64,000 bases of DNA from a virus. Positions within the stretch are counted from its first letter, which is position 1, and each line of letters opens with the position of its first letter. The position numbers and the translations under genes are program-made. Shown here one piece after another: positions 33,636 through 42,903 of this stretch. The stretch lies in the IMG/VR virus record IMGVR_UViG_3300035686_000005, positions 1 through 64,000 of that record; one strand, written 5' to 3'. The notes beneath the pieces are model-generated. The model searched no databases, was not told the DNA's origin, and saw only the letters and a program-made list of their open reading frames with translations.

Positions 33636-36600
33636 GACCGATAACGAAACTTTAAAATCAAGCATTCTATCTAACTGCTCAACAACTTGTTGAGCTACTT
33701 CTAAGGGGGATGTGCTAGCCGAATTGACAACGATTGCACCCTGGTTAATATTGATTTGGCGTCGTGAAGAATCATTGCTTTGAGTGTTTGTGTATTGGTT
33801 GGTTGCTGCATACTCTTGGAGCATTTCAAAGGCGGGAAATATAGCATTATTCCCATTATCACTATTTTGAATATTATTAATACTCTGTTTGTTATCTGTT
33901 AAAGAAGTATTGACAAATCTATAAGAGTTGAGTATGTCCTCTGTGTTTGTGTGGTTTAAGAGTGTATCTGAGTTAGTCGGCAGATTGCCCCTAAACGCAC
34001 TTCCAAAGCTTATAGTTTTTAGATTGACAACTGAATCATATAAGGTGGAAAACTCTTTATTTTTCTGGATTATGTTATCTCCTAAAACTGTCTTAGTAGA
34101 AGTATGAACATTATCATTTTTAAAATTATTAATAACACTCTCATTGCTTATCACACTCTTAAAAATATTTTCTATAGCGTAATTTCTTAGAGACTCATAA
34201 TCAGGAAAAATGTACTCAGCATCATTTGCTATTAGCAGGTTAGCTCTAGGCGGCTTATTTGCCAACTCTTGCTTGATAGCATCAACAAAGGACACATTGC
34301 TTGCTAAAGTAACTTTAGAACTATCTGGTAGGTTTCCTGAGTATGAATTTCCACCAAATAAACTATTGAGAGTGTTTCCTATTCCCCCTGCTATAGTCCC
34401 TAATCCTTGGAAAAAGCTAAACGGCGAACCTATTGCCGTTCCTATACCCGTCCCAATAACATCAGTTGCTCCTTGTGTAGCTCTGCCAACATTAACACCC
34501 GGTAATACCGGAATACTAGCAACAGCTTTTCTGAGTCGATTAAATCCATTCAAAAGAGTGTTAACATTTTCTAAAAAGACGTTAACACCTCTGATGGCAT
34601 CTCGTAACGACTTCATGATATCAAAATTTATACCTCCAAAAATATCGCTGAATTCCGCCAAAAATCCTTGTTTGCCAAATACTAGGTTAACCGTTCTAGA
34701 CACCTCAGTAAAAACTGATTGACTACCTTCTATATCAATATCTAAATCTCTCTGTATACCAAATATCCCAGTTCTCTGAGCAAACAGAGTGTCTTGAAAA
34801 GAACTTAGCTGGGCGTCTATAGAATCAGTCTGAAGTCTGCCTATAAGCTCTTGAGGCACACGTTTTTGTAATGAAGCTTGCAACACATCGATTTGTTGAG
34901 ATTGGGTAGCCTTCTTAAGGTTTACACCCAACTCTTCAGCCGTTTGTTTGATTACATCACCAAACCCAGAATTTTTAAAGAACTCTTGACGGTCTATAGC
35001 TTTCCCAAGATTGCCAGTTACAGCGCTGGTGTATGCATTCTGAACCTGAAAATTTGTCACACCAGGGGTGCTTTGTGCCAGTATTGCAAAACGTGTATTT
35101 GTATCTACTATTTGCTTGGAAATATCTTCAAGCGACCTACCAGAATTTCTATAAGCTCCTAAAAATGCAGAAGTCCCACGAGTGTTTAAATTTGTAATAT
35201 CTTCAGCAGATACACTCGTGTCTCTTCCTGCGATCTCAGTACCTGTCTGCAAACGTTCATAAAACGCATCAGCAGTTTTACGATCTACACCAGTTAATCG
35301 CTGGGTTTCTGAAGAAATACCAACCATTGCAAGTTGATCTTTTCTTGCTTTATCGACTTGTCTATTAAATTCTGCCATGGCAAAGTTGGCAGCTGTTAGA
35401 GCTAAAACAATAGAACCGCTAATAGCAGCACCAACACCTAAAGCAGCAATACGTGATAAGCCTAATCCTTCCGAAATTGTACGTGTGCCTTCTATCGCTT
35501 CTTGAATTCCTTGGGGGGCACGTCTAGAAACAGCGTCTGTCAGAAATCCGCCGATTGCATTTCTTTGAGGTGGAACATCAGCAGACCTTCTTAGATTGCT
35601 ACGACCAAAACCAACACCCGAAGATGTCAGAGGATCTTGTGTTGTGTCCTCTCTGTATTGCAATCCAGCCTTACGAGCGCTTCTTATTTGGTCTTGGCGT
35701 CTCTTCTCATTATCAGCTGCTTGCTTGGCTTCTTGCTGCCTTTGACGCAATAATTCTTGCTCTTGGCGTTTTGCTTCAGCTTCAGCACGTTTTCGATTTT
35801 CAACCTGTTGTTTGAGTCTTTGGTTGAATACTTCTGAAATGTTTTGCTGTGCCTCTTCTCGGTTCTGTCGATTTTGCGGTTCATTGCCAACAACAGTACT
35901 AAAAGCTTGGCTAGCTCGTTGATTTCGTTCTTCTAACCTTGCTTTTTTTTCTTCCTGTTGTTTGATAAAAGCCTCAGTGGCGAACCGTCTAGTGTTAGAA
36001 GTTTCTCTATTAACTAAAACTTCATCAGTCTTAAAGAATGCATTTTCTTGATTCTTTTGTGTTACTTGACTGATTATTGTTTCAGCTTTACTCTGTCTCC
36101 TAGTTCTAGATGTTTGAGTTTTTTCTACCTCTCTTTCTTTTTCTTTGGCAAGATTAGCACGAATTTCACGGTTTTCTCGCTCTATCTTGCGTCTTAATTG
36201 ATTGCTAATTTCTCCAGTATCTTCTTGTGTCGTTTGTCGTTTTTCCTTAGTTGAAGCTCCCTGTTTTTGTTGTTCCTTGGAATCTAAAGTAACTTTAAGC
36301 CTTGTCTCAATTGGCTTGCTTAATTCTGCAACAGTTTTCTTAGATTGATCGGTGAGGTTTCTTACCCGGTTGATAGACTCATTGATTGCATCATTAAATT
36401 TTCTCTGTTGAGTCTCCCAACTGGAAATGTTACGACTCAGCTGATTGAGTTGATTCAGCTGATTCAGCTTGTTTTGGGATTGGGTTAATGATGCAAGGAA
36501 TGCTTGAGACTGTGAGGTTATGTTGCCAAAACTTTTATTAATATCCGTGCTTGCAAATCTGCTTGTTGCCGATTGCAATCTACTTACCTCATCCGTTAAA

Positions 36601-36668
36601 GTTCTAACACCCGTAACAGCGCTACGAGTGTTTGCTTCAAAAATGAGAGTAAGTTTTTTGGCTGGCAT
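33633..36668 (-). CDS. tail tape measure protein
   Basis: 1011 aa, charged coiled-coil N-terminal half, Gly-rich hydrophobic segments, position between chaperone-position and baseplate genes. Confidence 0.85.
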   Translation of the reverse strand: MPAKKLTLIFEANTRSAVTGVRTLTDEVSRLQSATSRFASTDINKSFGNITSQSQAFLASLTQSQNKLNQLNQLNQLSRNISSWETQQRKFNDAINESINRVRNLTDQSKKTVAELSKPIETRLKVTLDSKEQQKQGASTKEKRQTTQEDTGEISNQLRRKIERENREIRANLAKEKEREVEKTQTSRTRRQSKAETIISQVTQKNQENAFFKTDEVLVNRETSNTRRFATEAFIKQQEEKKARLEERNQRASQAFSTVVGNEPQNRQNREEAQQNISEVFNQRLKQQVENRKRAEAEAKRQEQELLRQRQQEAKQAADNEKRRQDQIRSARKAGLQYREDTTQDPLTSSGVGFGRSNLRRSADVPPQRNAIGGFLTDAVSRRAPQGIQEAIEGTRTISEGLGLSRIAALGVGAAISGSIVLALTAANFAMAEFNRQVDKARKDQLAMVGISSETQRLTGVDRKTADAFYERLQTGTEIAGRDTSVSAEDITNLNTRGTSAFLGAYRNSGRSLEDISKQIVDTNTRFAILAQSTPGVTNFQVQNAYTSAVTGNLGKAIDRQEFFKNSGFGDVIKQTAEELGVNLKKATQSQQIDVLQASLQKRVPQELIGRLQTDSIDAQLSSFQDTLFAQRTGIFGIQRDLDIDIEGSQSVFTEVSRTVNLVFGKQGFLAEFSDIFGGINFDIMKSLRDAIRGVNVFLENVNTLLNGFNRLRKAVASIPVLPGVNVGRATQGATDVIGTGIGTAIGSPFSFFQGLGTIAGGIGNTLNSLFGGNSYSGNLPDSSKVTLASNVSFVDAIKQELANKPPRANLLIANDAEYIFPDYESLRNYAIENIFKSVISNESVINNFKNDNVHTSTKTVLGDNIIQKNKEFSTLYDSVVNLKTISFGSAFRGNLPTNSDTLLNHTNTEDILNSYRFVNTSLTDNKQSINNIQNSDNGNNAIFPAFEMLQEYAATNQYTNTQSNDSSRRQININQGAIVVNSASTSPLEVAQQVVEQLDRMLDFKVSLSV
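34305..34317. repeat. TAAAGTWACTTTA copy (W=A)
   Basis: perfect; inside the tape measure gene (SKVTLAS). Confidence 0.95.
36285..36297. repeat. TAAAGTWACTTTA copy (W=A)
   Basis: perfect; inside the tape measure gene (LKVTLDS). Confidence 0.95.
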
Positions 36669-36680
36669 AAAGTAACTTTA
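36668..36680. repeat. TAAAGTWACTTTA copy (W=A)
   Basis: perfect; supplies the stop of 36678-37088 and the A of the tape measure ATG. Confidence 0.95.
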
Positions 36681-37088
36681 TAGAATTGAGTCTAAATAGT
36701 CTTCAGCAAGTTTTGTCAATACTCTATCAGTCGGATCTGTCCAGTCTTCAGGCAGCAAAGGTAACTCAAGATAGCCTTGTAAATATTCTGCTTTGCCCCC
36801 TATTTCTTCTCTTATTGCAATGCGGCTAGCAACAATTCTATGAGATTCTACAGTTTCACTTGTTAGTTCTCTTTTTTTTCTGCCAGGATATACAGCTCTT
36901 TTAAAAGCTAAATATCTGGCTGATAGGCTTCTTAGTCTACCATCTTCAGGATTTAATTCATTCTCAAATTGGTTAGTAAATATGTCCTCTCTTGCTTCCT
37001 TCCAATCACGCATAAGAGAGGACATATCGCTCAACTTTAAAGCTATACCGTTTAGATTTAGTTGATCAGCTAAAGTAACTTTAATCAT
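36678..37088 (-). CDS. tail assembly chaperone-position protein
   Basis: 136 aa between tube and tape measure; starts MIKVTL (motif at codons 2-6). Confidence 0.5.
   Translation of the reverse strand: MIKVTLADQLNLNGIALKLSDMSSLMRDWKEAREDIFTNQFENELNPEDGRLRSLSARYLAFKRAVYPGRKKRELTSETVESHRIVASRIAIREEIGGKAEYLQGYLELPLLPEDWTDPTDRVLTKLAEDYLDSIL
37071..37083. repeat. TAAAGTWACTTTA copy (W=A)
   Basis: perfect; codons 2-6 of 36678-37088 (MIKVTL). Confidence 0.95.
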
Positions 37089-37121
37089 CTAATATTCTGG
37101 TATGCTTGCTTTTCCAGTTTT

Positions 37122-37808
37122 TTAGCGTCTTGGAATCCTCTCCACATTGAATGAAAATCCTTTATTAACATTGTTTGTGGGTTCCACGCTAGGGGGTTCA
37201 GGGTCATGCCCCCCATTATTGTTACTGTCATCCAGTATTCTGAAATCTTCTGAAAGGGTAAACGCATCCCCACGAAAAAAGTCAGACAAAGCTGAATCTA
37301 TTGCAACTACATACGGATGATGTTTTTTATCATCGTATAGTTGAGACGCTTTAAGTTTTCCCAATCCATTCCAATCAATCAAAACTGATTCAATTGCAAG
37401 GCATTTGAAAAAACTTCTCTCTTCATCCTTATTGAGCTTTCGGACTTGCCCGATCAAGTCCATAAATTCCAATACTGTGAAGTTGCGAATAGTTGCATAA
37501 AAGTCTTTACTTTTACAATAAAGACAGTCTCCTTCATCAGAAATTGTAATTTTTGGCAACGGAGGTCTTACCCGGTCGATCGCTCGTGAAACCATATAAA
37601 TATATTTATGGTTTTTGCGATCGGACATGAGCCATAACGGATCGACAGTTCCATGACCGTTCCAATCTGTCACACAAGAAGCGACCTCTGATGCATAAAC
37701 ATATGCCTCTGAATCATCTTCTGAAATGTCGATGTCCAGTTGTTCTAATGCAGTGTTAGGCTCAAACACTGCATAAAAACTTTTATCAGCCGATTCAACT
37801 CTTACCAT
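37122..37808 (-). CDS. tail assembly chaperone-position protein
   Basis: 228 aa directly downstream of the tube gene. Confidence 0.5.
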   Translation of the reverse strand: MVRVESADKSFYAVFEPNTALEQLDIDISEDDSEAYVYASEVASCVTDWNGHGTVDPLWLMSDRKNHKYIYMVSRAIDRVRPPLPKITISDEGDCLYCKSKDFYATIRNFTVLEFMDLIGQVRKLNKDEERSFFKCLAIESVLIDWNGLGKLKASQLYDDKKHHPYVVAIDSALSDFFRGDAFTLSEDFRILDDSNNNGGHDPEPPSVEPTNNVNKGFSFNVERIPRR

Positions 37809-37816
37809 GTCAAAAA

Positions 37817-38281
37817 TTATGCGGGTGCTTGATCGGATCTAACTTCAATCTTCGAGTAGTTGCTAACCTCAATAACCAAGGTTAAGAATGAAGCCGTTGT
37901 AGCATTTGCGTTAGCATCAATATTTGGCGATACTGGCTGACGTGAAATACTACAATTAGTGTATGTGTAGTAAACTCCAGCTGAAATCAAAGTAACAGCT
38001 ACGTTATATGGAGAAGCCGATTGACTCTTTAGCCAGGTTTCTAGCTTCCTTACAGCTGATTTTGTACGAGGCGAAGTAAGAGTCAAACTGTCGTAGCTTG
38101 GTTTACCTGGTAAACGTGTTGGTTGATCCGTTACAGGATCTACAATGTCATCACCAAAAGCATAGGTTTTGTTGACTTCTGTTGCAGATGTCCAGTTAAT
38201 GTCTAGATCTTTGACTCTAGCTCTCCCCTCTGTGATGGGGATTAACTGGTTATCGCTGAAAGTCCTAGAAGCATTACTCAT
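37817..38281 (-). CDS. tail tube protein
   Basis: 154 aa immediately after the sheath gene. Confidence 0.6.
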   Translation of the reverse strand: MSNASRTFSDNQLIPITEGRARVKDLDINWTSATEVNKTYAFGDDIVDPVTDQPTRLPGKPSYDSLTLTSPRTKSAVRKLETWLKSQSASPYNVAVTLISAGVYYTYTNCSISRQPVSPNIDANANATTASFLTLVIEVSNYSKIEVRSDQAPA

Positions 38282-38315
38282 GTAATTCGATTCCTTAGAC
38301 GATTTTCTTGAGTTC

Positions 38316-38328
38316 TAAAGTAACTTTA
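38316..38328. repeat. TAAAGTWACTTTA copy (W=A)
   Basis: perfect; between the sheath stop and the tube start. Confidence 0.95.
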
Positions 38329-38338
38329 GGGCTAAATT

Positions 38339-39529
38339 TTAGCCACGCTTAACAAAAGATCTTGAAATCCTTTCCCGTGTTTGTACTAGATAAAGTTCGA
38401 TAGTAATCGCCAAGTTTCCATCAGCAAGCCTAGATGGGATGATGGTATAACTGTCTGGCTGTGTTCCGTCTTCTTGGAGAGGTGCAACACTAAATGCACC
38501 TTCAGCCGCAATTTGATCGAGCAAAACTTTTAAGGACAAAATAACATCTGCATTAACTGCATTATCTTGCGCCCCAACTGCAACAGTTACGTTATTTTCT
38601 CCCTGAATAACATCAGTAGGCAGGAATAAGAATGGCTTCAATACTTCCGCAGTTCTAGCGAAAATATCATTAGCAGCGTACCTCGTGTTCATATAACGCC
38701 ATGAGGTATCTTTGCTGAGAGTTCTAGCACCACAAAGCGTATAAACTTTACGGGATAACCCATCCCCATCAAGAAAGATAGTATTGATTCCCTTATCGTT
38801 AAGCTCTGTGTATTCGTCTGTTCCTATGTACCATTTTGGTAGGAACACTTCATCAACACTAGAGAAAGGAATCGGATCTTGAAAAGCTGCGGGTGAATAA
38901 TAGCCGATTCGATTACGATTAATAAACGTAGTTCTGGCAGCTGCTACGACCGACAACGGAATATTATTGTTATCAGAATCTTTACCAAATCCCCAAAAAC
39001 AAGAACTGTGTCCCTGTGGTGAATTTAATACAGCAGCTTCAGCCAATGCTTTTGTCTTATCATTGGCAGCTGTAGACAAATTGTGATAATATTCCCAATT
39101 CATCAGATTATCAGAAACCAAATTTTGGGCAGCTGCAAAAACAGTCTCTTGACCTGTTGCAAGAGTAGCCGCTTCGGGCGAGATTATGATACCGGGAGCA
39201 AGTCGGATATTTTTTGCGAGTACTAAGAAGCCAGCTACCAAATGATCTACTAGAGTTGGTGTGGTGGCAGTTGACAAGCCATTAACGAAGTAGACAGGCA
39301 CTGAGTTATCAATCAGCCTAAGAAATCTATAAGCAGGCTTGGAAGCGCTATTAGCACCAACTATCGCGTCAAATTCTACCAATGTCGGAACTAATTTTAG
39401 CTCGTTAGCCGCAATTGTACCTCCAGTTCCTTTGGTTCCAACTAAATATATGGCGTTGATTTTGTTGGTCAGAATGTTCCCAATCTGTTGAGTGAGAACT
39501 GTTGTAGTAATAAAAGGATGGCTACTCAC
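38339..39529 (-). CDS. contractile tail sheath protein
   Basis: 396 aa, size and position; N-terminal pattern ..IYLVGTKGTGG...EFDAIVG. Confidence 0.65.
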   Translation of the reverse strand: MSSHPFITTTVLTQQIGNILTNKINAIYLVGTKGTGGTIAANELKLVPTLVEFDAIVGANSASKPAYRFLRLIDNSVPVYFVNGLSTATTPTLVDHLVAGFLVLAKNIRLAPGIIISPEAATLATGQETVFAAAQNLVSDNLMNWEYYHNLSTAANDKTKALAEAAVLNSPQGHSSCFWGFGKDSDNNNIPLSVVAAARTTFINRNRIGYYSPAAFQDPIPFSSVDEVFLPKWYIGTDEYTELNDKGINTIFLDGDGLSRKVYTLCGARTLSKDTSWRYMNTRYAANDIFARTAEVLKPFLFLPTDVIQGENNVTVAVGAQDNAVNADVILSLKVLLDQIAAEGAFSVAPLQEDGTQPDSYTIIPSRLADGNLAITIELYLVQTRERISRSFVKRG

Positions 39530-40064
39530 TTACTTTGTATCCTCCAATAACGTCATTATTTTCTGAAACTGCTATCAGTCCAACTTGAATTATTCTCCCC
39601 TCTGGTGGTATGTCGGTTGAGGTTAAGGACTCAACATCAGACATGATGCTTGTAATTCCCTCACCTGAATATACCCAACTACCAGTTGCTTTATTTCTCA
39701 TGGCTTGCCCACTAGATAAAGCCATGAAAGGGGTGAATTCGTAATATGGTTGATAGCCCAACAAGATATCGTCAAGAGCAAACTCTATAAGCTCTAATGC
39801 TTCTTGATGATTTCTCAGTGTGAAAAGCTCAACACGCAATTCTAAAGTATAAGTCTTCTCTAGAATTGGTTTTTTGAATTCGCCGTATCTAACAAAAGTT
39901 CTATCAGTTCGTTGATGTCCAAAAAATATATTATTTCTAGTTTTAGCTGAACTATCGGTAGTGAATGCATCTGCCCATAACTTTACCTTAGATGTCTGTA
40001 ATTTAGACTCAAGATAGTTTGCGCAAGTTTTCTCGTATTCCGTTATAAACCGGGATGTATTCAC
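39522..40064 (-). CDS. neck/tail-completion-position protein
   Basis: 180 aa, GTG start 3 nt after motif 40068-40080. Confidence 0.45.
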   Translation of the reverse strand: MNTSRFITEYEKTCANYLESKLQTSKVKLWADAFTTDSSAKTRNNIFFGHQRTDRTFVRYGEFKKPILEKTYTLELRVELFTLRNHQEALELIEFALDDILLGYQPYYEFTPFMALSSGQAMRNKATGSWVYSGEGITSIMSDVESLTSTDIPPEGRIIQVGLIAVSENNDVIGGYKVSE

Positions 40065-40067
40065 CTA

Positions 40068-40080
40068 TAAAGTTACTTTA
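40068..40080. repeat. TAAAGTWACTTTA copy (W=T)
   Basis: perfect; central TAA is the stop of 40073-40543; 3 nt before GTG 40064. Confidence 0.95.
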
Positions 40081-40543
40081 GATAACGCCTATAGACATTA
40101 CCGCTAAAATTTGGAATTGGGGCTTTTGACTGCCCATAATACATTTTTCCTTGATATCTATTAACCGATTGATTTTCTGTTATCGGTTTTATGATATTGC
40201 CGCTTGTATCTACCAGTGCAGACTTGCCTTCAGCAATATAACGCAATCTTTCTATTACATCTTCATAATCTAACCTCGGCTTTTCCCTCTCTTCATAGGA
40301 GGATAAATTTTTACGAGCTATTACGACATTTGCCCAAACAAGAAAAGGGACTTTGTAATTAGTTGGCAACGGTAGCGGGTATTTAATGCCGATTATCTGA
40401 TCGACCTCAGATGAAGCTAAAGACAAAGCATTGTAAATCCTTGACTCTATTTCAATCTCAGAATCATTATCAATATTCCCAAGTTCTCTAAACTCTTCCA
40501 ATTGATAATGTTTTAAAAAATCCGATACCGTTGCATATACCAT
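40073..40543 (-). CDS. head-tail adaptor, DUF1320-like
   Basis: MVYATVSDFLKHYQLEEFRELG...ALSLASSEVDQIIGIKYPLPL resembles the DUF1320 (Mu gp36-like) N-terminus. Confidence 0.55.
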   Translation of the reverse strand: MVYATVSDFLKHYQLEEFRELGNIDNDSEIEIESRIYNALSLASSEVDQIIGIKYPLPLPTNYKVPFLVWANVVIARKNLSSYEEREKPRLDYEDVIERLRYIAEGKSALVDTSGNIIKPITENQSVNRYQGKMYYGQSKAPIPNFSGNVYRRYLK

Positions 40544-40561
40544 CTAAATTACCGCCAAGAT

Positions 40562-40840
40562 TTACTTTTTCTTTTCTGCCGTCGCAGTGGCTGTATTAGT
40601 TTCAGCTGATGATGCTTTTGGTTGTGTGTCCTGTTGTGTTTGTGTTTCCTCTTCAGGAACGGCTGTGATCGTTAAGCTTTTGTTAAATGTAGAAGTTTGA
40701 CCACTACTCAGCTTATCAAAATCAACAGGTGATACTATCTCAGGACTGATTAATTTCAACCACGCTCTAACATCTTCTTGGGAAACACCATTTAGAGTCT
40801 GTGTCTCACCGTTTTGTTTCAATTCAACATTATACATCAT
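40562..40840 (-). CDS. hypothetical protein
   Basis: 92-aa ORF in the head module. Confidence 0.5.
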   Translation of the reverse strand: MMYNVELKQNGETQTLNGVSQEDVRAWLKLISPEIVSPVDFDKLSSGQTSTFNKSLTITAVPEEETQTQQDTQPKASSAETNTATATAEKKK

Positions 40841-41123
40841 GCTTTTTCTTGGTAGTTGTTTTTTCCGGTTCTGTCAAGGTTTCTTCTAGATTTTCCAATC
40901 CAGAATCAGGAAGTTCTATAAGCTCTAGAACTTCCTTCTCTTCAGTTATTAAAACTGAATAAGTGTCTTGGATCAACTTTTTTGATCCTGGCTTTAGCGT
41001 GTCTATTTCGGGTGATGGTATCTGAAGCCGCAATAGACTCAAAATCTCTTCTAGTGACTTGCTAGAAACCTCATAGACAACATTTTTAGGCTGTCCCTTT
41101 AAAGTAACTTTAGCGCTAAACAT
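40830..41123 (-). CDS. hypothetical protein
   Basis: start placed at ATG 41123, which overlaps the capsid gene stop (TGATG); track ORF starts at 41141; begins MFSAKVTL (motif). Confidence 0.45.
   Translation of the reverse strand: MFSAKVTLKGQPKNVVYEVSSKSLEEILSLLRLQIPSPEIDTLKPGSKKLIQDTYSVLITEEKEVLELIELPDSGLENLEETLTEPEKTTTKKKHDV
41100..41112. repeat. TAAAGTWACTTTA copy (W=A)
   Basis: perfect; codons 5-8 of 40830-41123, just after the capsid gene stop. Confidence 0.95.
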
Positions 41124-42274
41124 CAGATTACTTTTCTCCATCCTAAATAACGAGGATCAGAACAGGCAGCTAAAAAGCGGCTGTCAACAGAAATCTTTTC
41201 ACGCTTAGGGGCACGTGATATCAGCTCTGTCACTACTGCGAAAGTTGAAGCGTAATTGTTGGTTGCAGTAGGAACATATGCACCCTCAATAATTCCTTGA
41301 GTCATAAAGATGTAGGAATCATTGGTTAAATACGGTTTGGTTATTGTTTCTCCCGTTGTAATATCTTCCGTGTAAAAGAATGCATCGGTAACGATAAATT
41401 CAGGCATTCTAAGTCCTGATTGAGCGGCTGAAGTCATCTCATTTTGTAACCAAGTCCTACAATCCTCTACCGTTGGACGTGGCAAACTTGCTAAAACTTC
41501 AGGAGCGATTGTGTCGTATAACCCCTTCATACGAGCAATCTTAACTCGTGTGTCTGTTGCGTTTAGCATGTAATCAGCAATAATTGCTGGCATTGCTAAA
41601 GAATCAGGCAACCGAAAAACATTTGCATAATATGCATTGAAGTGATCACGTAAGTTTTCCAGAGGTTTAGCCGTTGTGACTGCACTCCAAAGATTTGCAC
41701 CCGCTAAAGGTAATGGGCGATTAGTTGCAGGTACTTGATTGAGATATGAAATTTCAAAACCTAACCGAGTTTCCGGATCGATGTACAGCGATGTTGCTGT
41801 TGCGTACAGCTGCATTATCAAAACCGTACAAAGTCTTACAATCGTAGCGGTTAAATATGCGGGTATTTGGACATATTCGCGCACAAAGGCATCATATACA
41901 GCCGTTTCATTGGCTCTAAGATGCAATTCCGCATCCCGAAGAATATCAAAATCTTCTTCAGTCAGTAACCTTGCTCTAGCGATTTTAGTCGATCCAATTA
42001 ATTCTAAAGAGAATTGTACACTCTCTCTTCTTATTGGATACTCACCATCAACCCCCACAATGAAGGCTAATGTGGGTCTTACACCTTCGATTTTCCTAAA
42101 AGCTAATCTAGGGCTAATGTATCGCCTTAACACAACATAGGGATTGAGAATCGGATCAGGATCTCCCGGTTTATATGTCTGACCGTTTTGACTTATCTTG
42201 TCAAAAGTCAAATCAATTGTTTTGTTGATTACTTCCGGATACTGATCAATTATTTCAATAATACTTTCGGGCAT
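41123..42274 (-). CDS. major capsid protein (lambda gpE-like position)
   Basis: 383 aa, last large gene of the terminase-portal-protease-decoration-capsid series. Confidence 0.55.
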   Translation of the reverse strand: MPESIIEIIDQYPEVINKTIDLTFDKISQNGQTYKPGDPDPILNPYVVLRRYISPRLAFRKIEGVRPTLAFIVGVDGEYPIRRESVQFSLELIGSTKIARARLLTEEDFDILRDAELHLRANETAVYDAFVREYVQIPAYLTATIVRLCTVLIMQLYATATSLYIDPETRLGFEISYLNQVPATNRPLPLAGANLWSAVTTAKPLENLRDHFNAYYANVFRLPDSLAMPAIIADYMLNATDTRVKIARMKGLYDTIAPEVLASLPRPTVEDCRTWLQNEMTSAAQSGLRMPEFIVTDAFFYTEDITTGETITKPYLTNDSYIFMTQGIIEGAYVPTATNNYASTFAVVTELISRAPKREKISVDSRFLAACSDPRYLGWRKVI

Positions 42275-42288
42275 AATTCATCAATTTC

Positions 42289-42301
42289 TAAAGTTACTTT
42301 A
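42289..42301. repeat. TAAAGTWACTTTA copy (W=T)
   Basis: perfect; between stop 42309 and capsid start 42274. Confidence 0.95.
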
Positions 42302-42308
42302 TTAAGGC

Positions 42309-42899
42309 TTAAGAGAAGTCTATTTGAGGATATAAACGCTCTAACTCTGCATCAATATGAGGAATCAACCTTCTTTTCACAACGCCCCCATTGAAGCATC
42401 CAAAATGAGAATTGGGGCGTCTAACAAAGGACACAACCTGATTAGGACAAATCATACCTAATCGATTACCATCGACCGTAACAGGTCTTGAGGTGGCGAC
42501 TCCAATAACTGTATTAACTGCGGGTGCTGTTGGTGGTGCTGTAAAGGTAATTGTGTTGTTATCAAAATCCGTATCAGCAACAGTACCAACCGCAGCACCC
42601 GCAGCACCCGTGTTAAGGTCAATTACGGTTATTACATCCCCAGCAACAAACACACCCGAAGTCCAACGAGAAACGGTCATAACAGATCCTGCTAGCGACT
42701 TGAATCGAGTTCTAGGCAAGAATCGATACTTCAACGGATCGGGTGTTGTTCCGGCAAATAAGCCAGGGGGAAAAATTTTGTATTTATAGATTGTATAGTC
42801 TAATTCGATGTGATTTGGGGCACGTAATCCCTCTGTCCTAGCAAGAATTGACTGAGGGAAAGTTTCCCCATGAGATTCACTTGTTTGAAGTATCGGCAT
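42309..42899 (-). CDS. head decoration-position protein
   Basis: 196 aa between the protease/scaffold and capsid genes. Confidence 0.4.
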   Translation of the reverse strand: MPILQTSESHGETFPQSILARTEGLRAPNHIELDYTIYKYKIFPPGLFAGTTPDPLKYRFLPRTRFKSLAGSVMTVSRWTSGVFVAGDVITVIDLNTGAAGAAVGTVADTDFDNNTITFTAPPTAPAVNTVIGVATSRPVTVDGNRLGMICPNQVVSFVRRPNSHFGCFNGGVVKRRLIPHIDAELERLYPQIDFS

Positions 42900-42903
42900 T
42901 GAA

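Noticed and set aside
37085-37273. Programmed frameshift in the tail-chaperone genes (overlapping ORF 37085-37273; T-TTT-TTC and G6 runs)
   Set aside because: A -1 slip at either run hits a stop within a few codons. The overlapping ORF is in the +1 frame and adds only about 12 aa beyond the normal stop. I cannot support a frameshift product from sequence alone.
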